Source: an uncultured Acidimicrobiales bacterium (lineage in GTDB: Bacteria; Actinomycetota; Acidimicrobiia; Acidimicrobiales; DATKAS01). Taken from it: 64,000 nucleotides of DNA. Where the stretch lies: assembly GCA_963708175.1 (NCBI GenBank), contig CAVPSD010000017.1, positions 23,073 to 87,072 of the forward strand, in the 5' to 3' direction. Each line of letters starts with the position of its first letter. Position 1 is the first letter of the stretch. This document shows positions 29,637 to 41,823 of the stretch, in pieces. The notes below the pieces were generated by a model that did not search any database, was not told the DNA's origin, and saw only the letters and a list, made by a program, of their open reading frames with translations. The translations under genes were made by a program, and so were the position numbers.

Positions 29637-32465
29637 ATGTCCGCTCGTCCCGATGTGCCTGCGCACCGCTACGACGGTCGCCTCGCGGACGAGATCGAGA
29701 CAAGGTGGCAGGCCCGGTGGGACGATGAGGGCACCTATCACGCGCCGAACCCGATCGGGCCTCTGGCCAGCGGGTTCGAGGTCATGGCGGGCAAGCCGAA
29801 GATGTTCGTCCTGGACATGTTCCCCTACCCGAGTGGCGACGGACTGCACGTCGGGCACCCCCTCGGCTTCATCGGCACCGACGTCTACGCGCGCTACCTG
29901 CGGATGATCGGTCACAACGTGCTGCACACCATGGGCTTCGACGCGTTCGGCCTACCGGCAGAGCAGTTCGCGGTCGAGACCGGGCAGCACCCGCGGATCA
30001 CTACCGAAGCGAACATCGCGAACTACCGCCGCCAGCTGCATCGCCTCGGGTTGGGTCACGATCCCCGGCGCGCGGTGTCGACGACTGACGTCGCGTACTA
30101 CCGGTGGACGCAGTGGATCTTCCTGAAGATCTTCAACTCCTGGTACGACGCCGAGGCAGGCAAGGCTCGTCCGATCGACGCTCTGATCGCCCAATTCGAG
30201 TCGGGCGAGCGTCCGGTGCCCGACGGCCGCGACTGGGAGAAGCTCGACTCGGTCCAGCGCCGTGAGGTCGTCGACTCGTTCCGCCTCGCGTACGTCGACG
30301 AGGCGCCGGTGAACTGGTGCCCGGGCTTGGGCACGGTGCTGGCAAACGAAGAGGTCACGTCAGAGGGTCGCAGCGACCGTGGCAACTTCCCCGTCTTCAA
30401 GCGCCCGCTGAAGCAATGGAAGATGCGGATCACCGCGTACGCGGACCGGCTCATCGACGACCTCGACGTCTTGGACTGGCCCGAGCCGATCAAGCTGATG
30501 CAACGCAACTGGATCGGCCGCAGTGAAGGGGCGCTCATCCACTTCCCCGCGCCGGCCGCCGGGCAACCCATCACGGTGTTCACGACGCGGCCCGACACGA
30601 TGTTCGGCGCCACCTACATGGTGCTGGCGCCCGAGCACCCCCTCGTCGACATGCTCCTGCCAGAGTCGTGGCCGGAAGGCACGCCGCCGTCCTGGACGGG
30701 CGGCGCGGCGACACCGTTCGACGCGGTTGCGGACTACCTGTGGCGGACGGGCTCGCTCACCGAGGTCGAGCGGCAGGTCGAGTCGCGCCAGAAGACCGGC
30801 GTGTTCACCGGCACGTACGCGACGAACCCGGCGACCAACCAGCTGATCCCGATCTTCATCGCCGACTACGTGCTGATGGGCTACGGCACCGGGGCGATCA
30901 TGGCGGTGCCGGGCCAGGACGAGCGCGACTGGGAGTTCGCTGAGGTCTTCGACCTGCCGATCGTGCGGACCGTGCAGCCGCCCGCCGACTGGGACGGCAA
31001 GGCGTACGTCGGCGAGGGCCCCGCGATCAACAGCGGCTTGCTCGACGGCCTCGGCGTCACCGACGCGAAGCGCAAGATCATCGACTGGCTGGACGCGAAC
31101 GGCTACGGCGAGGGCACTGTCACGTATCGGCTGCGCGACTGGCTGTTCAGCCGGCAGCGCTACTGGGGCGAGCCCTTCCCGATCGTCTACGACGACACGG
31201 GCCTGCCGATCGCCGTGCCCGAGCCGATGTTGCCGGTGCTGTTGCCCGAGATCGACGACTTCAGCCCGCGCACGTTCGCGGACGACGACGAGACGTCGAT
31301 GCCCGAGGCACCGCTCGCCCGTGCCCACGACTGGGTCGAGGTCGAGCTGGACCTAGGCGACGGCCCGCGCACCTACTGGCGCGAGACGAACACGATGCCG
31401 AACTGGGCCGGCTCGTGTTGGTACGAGCTGCGCTACCTCGACCCGACCAACGAGAACGAGTTCGTCGACCCCGCGGTCGAGCGCTACTGGATGGGACCTC
31501 AGCGCGACGGTGACCCAGGCGGCGTCGATCTCTACGTCGGTGGCGTCGAGCACGCGGTGCTGCACCTGCTGTACGCCCGCTTCTGGCACAAGGTGCTGTT
31601 CGACCACGGCCACACCTCGTCGTTCGAGCCGTACCGACGGCTCTACAACCAGGGATACATCCTCGCGGCCGCGTACCAAGACCCGCGCGGGATGTACGTC
31701 GACGCGGCGGCCGTCGAGGAACGCGACGGCAAGTACTACCTCGACGGGGTCGAGGTGAAGCGCGAGATGGGCAAGATGGGCAAGAGCCTGAAGAACGGGA
31801 TCTCGCCCGACGACTACTACCGGGAGTTCGGCGCTGACACGTTGCGCCTCTACGAGATGTTCACCGGCCCGCTCGACCAGGAACGGCCGTGGGAGACGCG
31901 CGCCATCGTCGGCGTGCATCGCTTCCTGCAGCGACTGTGGCGGTTGGTGATCGATGAGGAGACCGGCGCGTTGCGCGTCGACGACGCGCCCGCCGACGCG
32001 GAGACCCGCCACGTGCTGCACCGCACAATCGACTCGGTCCGCAACGACATGGCGAACCTGCGCTTCAACACCGCGATCGCGAAGCTGACCGAGCTGAACA
32101 ACCACGTCACCGCGAAGGCCGCGGCGACCACCCCGCGCGAGGTGGCGGAGGCCTTGGTGTTGATGGTCGCACCGCTCGCTCCGCACGTCGCCGAAGAGCT
32201 GTGGCACCGGTTGGGCCACGGCGAGACGGTCGTCTACGCGGCGTTCCCCGAAGCGGATCAGTTGCTGCTGGTGGAGGAGACCATCGAGATTCCGGTTCAG
32301 GTCAAGGGCAAGGTGCGCGCCCACATCGCCGTCGCCGCGGACGCCGATCCAGCGGTGATCGAGGCCATTGCGATCGCCGACCCGAACGTCGTGAAGGCCG
32401 TCGGCGACATGACGGTCAAGCGCGTCGTGGTGGTTCCGGGACGCATGGTGAACGTGGTCGTCTGA
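29637..32465 (+). CDS. leuS: Leucine--tRNA ligase
   Basis: ATG at 29637. Contains [14 protein letters not shown] (HIGH), KMGKSLKN (KMSKS) and a CP1 editing domain. Intact over 942 aa. Confidence 0.97.
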   Translation: MSARPDVPAHRYDGRLADEIETRWQARWDDEGTYHAPNPIGPLASGFEVMAGKPKMFVLDMFPYPSGDGLHVGHPLGFIGTDVYARYLRMIGHNVLHTMGFDAFGLPAEQFAVETGQHPRITTEANIANYRRQLHRLGLGHDPRRAVSTTDVAYYRWTQWIFLKIFNSWYDAEAGKARPIDALIAQFESGERPVPDGRDWEKLDSVQRREVVDSFRLAYVDEAPVNWCPGLGTVLANEEVTSEGRSDRGNFPVFKRPLKQWKMRITAYADRLIDDLDVLDWPEPIKLMQRNWIGRSEGALIHFPAPAAGQPITVFTTRPDTMFGATYMVLAPEHPLVDMLLPESWPEGTPPSWTGGAATPFDAVADYLWRTGSLTEVERQVESRQKTGVFTGTYATNPATNQLIPIFIADYVLMGYGTGAIMAVPGQDERDWEFAEVFDLPIVRTVQPPADWDGKAYVGEGPAINSGLLDGLGVTDAKRKIIDWLDANGYGEGTVTYRLRDWLFSRQRYWGEPFPIVYDDTGLPIAVPEPMLPVLLPEIDDFSPRTFADDDETSMPEAPLARAHDWVEVELDLGDGPRTYWRETNTMPNWAGSCWYELRYLDPTNENEFVDPAVERYWMGPQRDGDPGGVDLYVGGVEHAVLHLLYARFWHKVLFDHGHTSSFEPYRRLYNQGYILAAAYQDPRGMYVDAAAVEERDGKYYLDGVEVKREMGKMGKSLKNGISPDDYYREFGADTLRLYEMFTGPLDQERPWETRAIVGVHRFLQRLWRLVIDEETGALRVDDAPADAETRHVLHRTIDSVRNDMANLRFNTAIAKLTELNNHVTAKAAATTPREVAEALVLMVAPLAPHVAEELWHRLGHGETVVYAAFPEADQLLLVEETIEIPVQVKGKVRAHIAVAADADPAVIEAIAIADPNVVKAVGDMTVKRVVVVPGRMVNVVV

Positions 32466-32487
32466 CTGGTACCTTCGATGAACCGTC

Positions 32488-32560
<73 letters not shown>

Positions 32561-32609
32561 CTCTCAAAACCGTGGTCACCCGGCCTGCTGCGCGCCGTAC
32601 TGTCCGCCG

Positions 32610-33347
32610 ATGCCCGACGAATGGTCCGCCGCTGAGCTGTTCGATCACGACTACCTGCGCTTCTACCTTCCGCAGCTGACCGACGAAGCCAGCGAGATCG
32701 AGGCGGCGATGTTGTGGTCGCTGATGTCGCTCGAACCCGGGCTCGAGCTGCTCGATCTCGGTTGTGGGCACGGACGCATCGCGAACCTGCTCGCCGCGCG
32801 GCACGCTCGAGTGACCGGCCTCGACGCAACGCCTCTCTTCCTCGACATCGCTCGCACAGACGCTGCACGACGCGGCCTCGAGGTCGATTACGTCCTCGGC
32901 GACATGCGGTCGCTGCCGTGGAGCGCGCGCTTCGATGTCGTCATCAGCTGGTTCACCGCGTTCGGCTACTTCGACGACGCACAAAACCGCGGCGTACTCG
33001 CAGAAGTCCTCCGGGCGCTCCGGCCGGGTGGCCGGTTCCTCGTGGAGCTGAACCACAAGGATGGGTTGCTGCCCTGTTGGGTGCCCTCGACCGTCGTGCA
33101 GGTGGCCGAGGACGTGATGATCGACGAGCGTGAGTTCGATCCCCTCACCAGTCGCGCCAACGCACGAAGGACGATCATCCGCGACGGCCGCGTGCGACGC
33201 ACCAGCTTCTTCACCCGGCTGTTCAGCTACACCGAGCTGAGGGATTGGCTGCTCGAAGCGGGCTTCGTGTCCGTCGACGGCTTTGCCGGCGACGGCTCAC
33301 CGCTCAGAATGGACTCCCGCAGGATGATCCTCATCGCCACGAAGTAG
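32610..33347 (+). CDS. Class I SAM-dependent methyltransferase
   Basis: Motif I LLDLGCGHGRIA, then VTGLD and LRPGGRFLVE. Confidence 0.8.
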   Translation: MPDEWSAAELFDHDYLRFYLPQLTDEASEIEAAMLWSLMSLEPGLELLDLGCGHGRIANLLAARHARVTGLDATPLFLDIARTDAARRGLEVDYVLGDMRSLPWSARFDVVISWFTAFGYFDDAQNRGVLAEVLRALRPGGRFLVELNHKDGLLPCWVPSTVVQVAEDVMIDEREFDPLTSRANARRTIIRDGRVRRTSFFTRLFSYTELRDWLLEAGFVSVDGFAGDGSPLRMDSRRMILIATK

Positions 33348-33382
33348 CTGCCGACCGCACGACGTCCGTTACCCTCTCGCTC

Positions 33383-33855
33383 GTGGGCCAGCCTGTCGCC
33401 GTCACCGAGAAGCCGTCGAGCAAGCCGGGCATCGTGCGGTTCGAGACGAACCGCAGCTTCACCGGCATGGGCCACGAGCACTTCGGCTCGCTGGCCGAGA
33501 TCACCGGCCATCGTCCCACCGACGAGCTGCGCGGCGGCTGCTGGACACCGGCAAGGTCGACGGCGTGCACGTCTACATGAACATGATCACCGTCGACGTG
33601 AAGAAGGGCTTCGAGCCGACCGGCCTGAGAGAGGTGATCGAGGGCCTCTACACCTACTGGCAGCCCGGCATGGTGCCTCCGTCGTTTGAAGACGTCGCCG
33701 CCGACGAGCCCGCGGCCGCCGCGCCGAGCGCATCGGGCGGTGTGTCCGCCGACGACGAGATGTCAGAGGCCGCGAAGAAAGTGCCCGCGGCACTCCTCGA
33801 GCGCAGCCGCCTCGCCCGCGAACGTGCAAAGGCGAAGGCCGCTTCCGGCGAGTAG
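33383..33855 (+). pseudogene. Conserved hypothetical protein, split by a 1-nt deletion near 33527-33532
   Basis: Track ORFs 33245..33580 and 33565..33855 join as ..GHRPTDEL / ARRLLDTGKVDGVHVYMNMITVDV... GTG at 33383 follows the upstream stop. Family uncertain. Confidence 0.45.
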
Positions 33856-33859
33856 CCAG

Positions 33860-33911
33860 ATCGTCTCTGTTCCGAAGTGCGCCAGATATGGCGCACTTCG
33901 CGACACAGAGC
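33860..33911. repeat. Palindromic intergenic element, copy C (12-bp perfect core stem, GATA loop, extended outer stem)
   Basis: ATCGTCTCTGTTCCGAAGTGCGCCA-gata-TGGCGCACTTCGCGACACAGAG, between convergent stops at 33855 and 33927. Confidence 0.8.
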
Positions 33912-33926
33912 GTGGCTGGGCGCGGG

Positions 33927-34298
33927 TCAGCCCGTCGCGACGGGCTCGGCCCACGCGATGCGAGGCACGTCGCTCCACAGCCGCTCGAGCTCGTAGTACC
34001 GGCGCGTCTCGTCGAGGAACACGTGGACGACAAGGTCGCCGTAGTCCATGAGCACCCATGTGAGCTCGTCGAGGCCTTCGACCCGCAGCGGCTTCGGCCC
34101 ACCGTCACGCGCCAGCGTCTCCTCCACCGCCTCGGCGATCGTCCGCACCTGTCTCGAGTTCGCGCCGCTCACGATCACGAAGTAGTCGGTGATCGCGAGC
34201 ACGTGGCCCACGTCGAGCACCACCGGGTCGTCAGCCTTCTTGTCCACGGCGGCTCGGGCGGCCTTCTTGGCCCAGTCCTCGATCGTGGTCTGGCTCAC
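33927..34298 (-). CDS. rsfS: Ribosome silencing factor RsfS
   Basis: Contains AVDKKADDPVVLDVGHVLAITDYFVIVSGANSRQVRTIAEAV and WVLMDYGDLVVHVF..R.YYELERLW. GTG at 34298, 4 nt after the upstream stop. Confidence 0.9.
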   Translation of the reverse strand: MSQTTIEDWAKKAARAAVDKKADDPVVLDVGHVLAITDYFVIVSGANSRQVRTIAEAVEETLARDGGPKPLRVEGLDELTWVLMDYGDLVVHVFLDETRRYYELERLWSDVPRIAWAEPVATG

Positions 34299-34302
34299 CT
34301 TC

Positions 34303-35694
34303 TCAACCAGTGGTGGTCGTCTCCTGAGTCGTCGTCGAGGTGGTCGAGGTGCTCGCCGCTCCGTGCTTGGCCACTTCGGCTTCGAAGTCCTTTCCGAGCA
34401 CCACCGTGAGGTCGATGCCGTCGACGACCGTAGCGTCCTGGGCCACCGTCCCGACACCAAGGGAGTCGGCGACGAATTCCGCCGCGCCCTTGAACCCGGG
34501 CGAGGCGTAGAGCACCTGAGTCTTGGCGACCTCGGGCTCGTCGCTCGCGATCACGAGGTTGGCTTGGAGCACGAGCACCAGCTCGGCGGCGGTGAGCATG
34601 GCGTTCGCGTCGCCCGTCGTGTTCACGAGACGGATGCGGGCACTGTTCGTCGGCGGCGACACCGCCCCGGGCATGCTCTCGGCGACGAGCAGGCGCATCG
34701 GCCCGAGGTCGGGTTCGTAAGCCTCGGGCTCGCCCGGCAGGGCCTTGACCGGCAGCACGATGACCTGGTGCGGCCCCGCGGCGATCGACGCCAAGTGGTC
34801 GAGGATGGATGCCGGCGGCGGCGCGACCTGGGTCTGACCGTTCGGCACCGTCGTCGAGGTGACCGGCGGTGGCGCGGTTGTCGCGTCGACGGAGGTGAGC
34901 ACCGCGTCCCAGAGCTGCTCGTAGAGGACGAGCCGTGCCGCCTCGGTCTCGTCGGTCGAGTGGGCACCAAACGCGATCGGCAGGTCGGTCGCGGTCAACG
35001 ACGCGGGCCCGCTCGGGAAGACCACCTCGAGGCGACCATCAGGCCCCGGACGACCGACCGGGTCGTCGAACGACACCGAGACGGTCCCCTTGACGAGGTT
35101 CGGCCACGTCGTCGCGTCGAGCACCGCCACGCGCTCGATGCGCACATCGAGCAGGCTCTCGACGGTCTGACGCAGGACTGGCGACCCGCCCGCGGCGTAC
35201 GCGCTTCCGAGCGGAGCCTCCCCGACACCCGGGACGTTCACCCGCAGCAGCGTCGGGATCAGGATGAAGAAGCCACCCCTTCCACCAGGGCTGAGCGCCG
35301 CGATCGCGATCGACTGCGGGGCCCCCGACGCGTCGAGGCTGATGAGCAGCTGGGCAGGGGTCGGTGGCAGGACGATGTCGGCGGCGCGGCCCTCGCGCTC
35401 GACGAGCCTTCCCTCCCGGCTGTCGACGATCGTCTTCACCGCGTACCCACCCAGGGCGGGGATCGCGGCCGCGATGAGGAGCATGACGAGCGCCACTGCT
35501 GCGGTGCGCCACGGCCGGGTGCGCGTGCGGTGGATCCGGCGCTGCGGCCCTCTCGGCGGCGGCGGCGTCGCGACGACGATCGGAGGCGGCGCGACCGGTG
35601 GCTGCCCGGGCGAGGTGTCGCGGATGGTGTCGCGCGTGGTGGGTTCAGCGATCTCGGTGATTGTTGTCGTGCTGACTTCGGGATCGTCGATCAC
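34303..35694 (-). CDS. LytR_C domain-containing, LCP-like membrane protein
   Basis: One TM helix, a central region loosely like the LCP fold and a C-terminal LytR_C-type domain (IRLVNTTGDANAM....VLYASPG..AAEFVADSLG). Its position between nadD and rsfS is conserved. GTG at 35694 overlaps the nadD stop (GTGA). Confidence 0.55.
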   Translation of the reverse strand: MIDDPEVSTTTITEIAEPTTRDTIRDTSPGQPPVAPPPIVVATPPPPRGPQRRIHRTRTRPWRTAAVALVMLLIAAAIPALGGYAVKTIVDSREGRLVEREGRAADIVLPPTPAQLLISLDASGAPQSIAIAALSPGGRGGFFILIPTLLRVNVPGVGEAPLGSAYAAGGSPVLRQTVESLLDVRIERVAVLDATTWPNLVKGTVSVSFDDPVGRPGPDGRLEVVFPSGPASLTATDLPIAFGAHSTDETEAARLVLYEQLWDAVLTSVDATTAPPPVTSTTVPNGQTQVAPPPASILDHLASIAAGPHQVIVLPVKALPGEPEAYEPDLGPMRLLVAESMPGAVSPPTNSARIRLVNTTGDANAMLTAAELVLVLQANLVIASDEPEVAKTQVLYASPGFKGAAEFVADSLGVGTVAQDATVVDGIDLTVVLGKDFEAEVAKHGAASTSTTSTTTQETTTTG

Positions 35695-36281
35695 GTCTGC
35701 ATCACGGCCGCGTAGAGCCCCCGGGCACGGATGCAAGCGATCACGTCCGGCGGAAGGAGGAAGTCGAGCGGGCGCCCGTCTGCGACCCTCGCACGGAGGT
35801 CGGTGCTCGACACGTCCAGCCGAGGCACTTCGACGCGCTGCCAGCGCCACCCCGCGGGCGGCTCCTCGCCCTCGGCCCCGGGACGATCGACGACCACGAC
35901 GGTGCAACGGTCGCGCACCTCGTCGGCCCGCTCCCAGGTCGTGAGGCCTGCAGCGGCGTCACTGCCGACGATGAGGAAGAGGTCAGCGCCCTGGTGCAGA
36001 CGGCCCAGGTCAGCGAGGGTGTCGGCGGTGTAGGAGGGGCCACCGCGGTCGATCTCGAGCCGGCTGACCAGCAGTCCGGGCACTCCCCGGACCGCGGCCT
36101 CGACCATCGCGAGCCGGTCCTCAGCGGGGCTGAGGGAGCGCTCCCCCACCTTTTGCCAGGGGACGTTCGCGACGACGAGGAGGACGGAGTCGAGGTCGAG
36201 GGCGTGCCGCACGTTGACGGCGGTCACCAGATGGCCCACGTGTGGCGGGTCGAATGTCCCCCCGAACACGCCCAGTCGCAC
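35691..36281 (-). CDS. nadD: Nicotinate-nucleotide adenylyltransferase
   Basis: MRLGVFGGTFDPPHVGHL (the (H/T)xGH motif) and a C-terminal SSTDLR motif. Confidence 0.92.
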   Translation of the reverse strand: MRLGVFGGTFDPPHVGHLVTAVNVRHALDLDSVLLVVANVPWQKVGERSLSPAEDRLAMVEAAVRGVPGLLVSRLEIDRGGPSYTADTLADLGRLHQGADLFLIVGSDAAAGLTTWERADEVRDRCTVVVVDRPGAEGEEPPAGWRWQRVEVPRLDVSSTDLRARVADGRPLDFLLPPDVIACIRARGLYAAVMQT

Positions 36282-36344
36282 GAAGCCGCAGGCTATCGGC
36301 CCTGCATCTCGGGTAAATCCCGTGGGTAGGACATGCCGATGGGT

Positions 36345-36358
36345 GTGTCATGTGACAC
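36345..36358. promoter_or_regulatory. Perfect palindrome GTGTCA-TG-TGACAC upstream of the sigma factor gene, followed by two more TGACA motifs and a TAATTC -10-like hexamer
   Basis: Read directly. TGACA occurs at 36353, 36372 and 36383. GTGACA-n17-TAATTC ends about 20 nt before the ATG at 36417. Confidence 0.35.
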
Positions 36359-36416
36359 GTCTCGTCCGTAGTGACAAGGGAATGACAACAGGGTAATTCG
36401 GGTTGCAGGATCCGCC

Positions 36417-37244
36417 ATGAGTGACGCAGTTGGTCTGTATCTCAACGAGATCGGTCAGGTCCCCCTCCTCAACGCAGAAGAGGAGCGGGAGCTTTCCCGC
36501 GCCATCGAAGCTGGCCGTGCCGCGTGCGACCGCATCGACGCCGGCGACAACGACCCCGAGCTCGACGAGCTCGTGCGGGTCGCGCACGCGGCAAAGGATC
36601 GGTTCATCCGAGCCAACCTCCGCCTCGTCGTGAGCATCGCGCGGCGCTACCCCCTGCCCCCCGGCATGGATCTGCTCGACCTCGTGCAGGAGGGCAACCT
36701 CGGCCTCGAGCACGCAGTCGACAAGTTCGACTGGCGCCGGGGCTTCAAGTTCTCCACCTACGCGACGTTCTGGATCCGCCAGGCGATCGGTCGTGCCCTC
36801 GACCAGAAGGCGAGCCTCGTCCGGCTGCCGGGTGACCGCTCCGCCAGCCTGCGGGCCGCGCTCCGGCAAGTCTCCGGCGACGGCGACGAGCTCGACGATG
36901 AGAACGCACGACTCCACCGCCTGTCCACTCCTGTCTCGCTCGATCGCTCGATCGGAGACGATGGCGACAGCACCCTCGGCGACCTCGTCCCCAGCGAGAT
37001 CATCGGCCCTGAGCAAGCAGTCATCGCCGAGGCCGAAGGCGCCATGCTCGACGAGCTCCTCGGCACGCTCGACACCCGCGCTCGCTACGCGGTCGAGCGC
37101 CGGTTCGGTCTCGTCGACGGCAAGAAGTGCAGCTATCGAGAGGTCGGCGAGGAGCTCGGCGTCACTGCCGAGGCCGCTCGCCGGCTCGTGAAGCGGGCCG
37201 TCACGGGTCTCCGGGACGACGCCGCCCGCATCCTCGCCGCCTGA
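36417..37244 (+). CDS. RNA polymerase sigma-70 family factor (group 2/3-like, no region 1.1)
   Basis: Region 1.2 YLNEIGQVPLL, region 2 DLVQEGNLGLEHAVDKFDWRRGFKFSTYATFWIRQAI and region 4 SYREVGEELGVTAEAARRLVKRA. Confidence 0.9.
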   Translation: MSDAVGLYLNEIGQVPLLNAEEERELSRAIEAGRAACDRIDAGDNDPELDELVRVAHAAKDRFIRANLRLVVSIARRYPLPPGMDLLDLVQEGNLGLEHAVDKFDWRRGFKFSTYATFWIRQAIGRALDQKASLVRLPGDRSASLRAALRQVSGDGDELDDENARLHRLSTPVSLDRSIGDDGDSTLGDLVPSEIIGPEQAVIAEAEGAMLDELLGTLDTRARYAVERRFGLVDGKKCSYREVGEELGVTAEAARRLVKRAVTGLRDDAARILAA

Positions 37245-37265
37245 TCCCCCCATCAGGCCGGCGTC

Positions 37266-37316
37266 ATGGCCCGCCGGCCGAGCGCAGACCCCCTCAGCGC
37301 TCGGCCGGCGGGCCAT
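37266..37316. terminator. 20-bp perfect GC-rich hairpin with an 11-nt loop; candidate terminator or attenuator between the sigma gene and the DAHP synthase gene
   Basis: ATGGCCCGCCGGCCGAGCGC-agaccccctca-GCGCTCGGCCGGCGGGCCAT, every pair checked by hand. It starts 22 nt after the sigma stop. No U-tract. Confidence 0.6.
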
Positions 37317-37366
37317 CTCGCGAATCTGCGTTGCGCACCGCCGCCCGCAACGGCCACCCTTTGCTG

Positions 37367-38728
37367 GTGAACGCTGGGAGGGCAAGCACGCCGAGCTGGT
37401 CGCCGTCGTCGTGGCGCGCCTTCCCAGCTGATCAACAGCCCGATTGGCCCGACGACGGCGCGCTCGACCGCGCGCTCAAGCAGATCCATGCGTTTCCTCC
37501 GCTCGTGTTCGCCGGTGAGGCCCGCGTGCTCGACAGAAGCCCTGGCCGACGTGGCCGCCGGCCGGGCGTTCCTGCTGCAAGCCGGCGACTGCGCCGAGTC
37601 GTTCGACGACTTCTCAGCAGTGAGCATCCGGGAGAAGCTACGGGTCATCCTCCAGATGGCGGTCGTGCTCACGTACTCGTCCGGCGTGCCGGTGGTGAAA
37701 GTGGGGCGGATCGCCGGGCAGTTCGCGAAGCCGCGGTCGGCGCCGGTCGAGCGGGTGGGCGAGGTGGACCTCCCGTCCTTCCGCGGGCACATGGTCAACG
37801 ACATCGCTCCGAGCGAGGCCGCGCGCACGCCGGATGCGGAACGTCTCGTGCAGGCCTACCACCAGTCGGCGTCGACGCTGAACCTGCTCCGCGCGTTCAC
37901 CAAGGGCGGGTTCGCCGACCTCTCACGCGTCGCGGCGTGGAACCAGGAGTTCGTCGCATCGAGTCGCGAGGGCCAGCGGTACAACGTCATCGCGTCGGAG
38001 ATCGAGCGAGCGCTCCGCTTCATGGCCGCGTGCGGCATCGATCTCGCTCGCACCCCGCAGCTGCACGAGGTGGACTTCTACACGAGCCACGAAGCGCTGA
38101 TCCTCGGCTACGAGGAAGCGCTCACGCGCACTGACTCGCTCACGGGTCGCTGGTACGACTGCTCTGCGCACATGCTCTGGATCGGTGAGCGCACACGGCG
38201 GCTCGACGGCGCGCATGTCGAGTTCCTGCGCGGCGTCGGCAACCCGATCGGCTGCAAGCTCGGCCCGACCGTGTCGCCGGCCGAGGTGCTCGAGCTGTGC
38301 GAGCTCCTGAACCCGGATCGGGTTCCGGGGCGGCTGACGCTGATCGCGAGGATGGGCGCCGCGCAGGCAGAGGAGCGGTTGCGGCCCCTTCTCCGGGCGG
38401 TCACAGACGCGGAGCACCCGGTGGTGTGGACGTGCGACCCGATGCACGGCAACACCTTCACGAGCTCGACCGGCCGCAAGACCCGCCACTTCGACGATGT
38501 CCTCGCGGAGATCGGCGCGTTCTTCCGAGCGCACGCCGCGGAAGGCACATGGCCGGGCGGCGTTCATGTCGAGCTGACCGGTGACGACGTCACCGAGTGC
38601 CTGGGAGGGGCCGAGGAGATCCTCGACCATCAGTTGGACGACCGCTACGAGACGATGTGCGACCCGCGGCTCAACGCCCGGCAGTCGCTCGACTTGGCCT
38701 ACCGCGTCGCGGAGCTGCTGCGCCGTAG
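37367..38728 (+). pseudogene. aroG: Class II 3-deoxy-7-phosphoheptulonate (DAHP) synthase with two frame disruptions (near 37533-37540 and 38721-38728)
   Basis: The N-terminal piece (frame of track ORF 37127..38134: WRAFPADQQPDWPD..PPLVFAGEARVL) joins the main ORF 37488..38987 (ALADVAAGRAFLLQAGDCAESF...KPRS..GNP.GCKLGP..DPMHGNT). The main ORF then runs 85 Arg-rich codons past the family end. One added base before 38726 gives ..VAELLRR-TAG. Confidence 0.85.
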
Positions 38729-38738
38729 CGGACGCGGG

Positions 38739-39140
38739 TCAGGAGCCGACCCCGATGCCGATCGGCGGCGGCGTGACAAACGGCGTCGTCGAGGGCGGAG
38801 GGGGCGGAGGAGGCGGAGGAGGCACGGTCGTGGTCGCCCGGGGACGGCGGCGACGCGTCGTGTCGACCGCACTCGTCTCGGGCGCAGGCGGCGGAGGCAC
38901 GGGCGTCGTGGCGACCACAACGGTCGTCACCGTCGTCTCGCCTCCACTCGCGGCGCTCGACGCGGAGCTCTCGCCGCCCACCGCTGACGTCTCGGCGGCC
39001 ACCACCGTGGTGCCGGTGTCGACGTTCACCTTGCCGTCGTCATCGTCCCCAGTCGCGGCCTTCACCGAGAAACCGACGATGAGACCAAGCGCGACGCCAC
39101 CGGCGATCGAGCTCGTCAGCCACTTGCGAGGATACGGCAC
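38739..39140 (-). CDS. Hypothetical membrane-anchored Pro/Thr/Ser-rich protein
   Basis: GTG start 1 nt after the GH63 stop. An N-terminal TM helix (IAGGVALGLIVGFSV) is followed by acidic and PT-rich low-complexity sequence including P11. Coding-like GC3. Confidence 0.5.
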   Translation of the reverse strand: MPYPRKWLTSSIAGGVALGLIVGFSVKAATGDDDDGKVNVDTGTTVVAAETSAVGGESSASSAASGGETTVTTVVVATTPVPPPPAPETSAVDTTRRRRPRATTTVPPPPPPPPPPSTTPFVTPPPIGIGVGS

Positions 39141-39141
39141 T

Positions 39142-41764
<2,623 letters not shown>

Positions 41765-41823
41765 GCGTCGTCCCCTTTCGCTCGAGCGCCCCGCGGGCGA
41801 TGATGGCATGAGGAGGACGCCTC

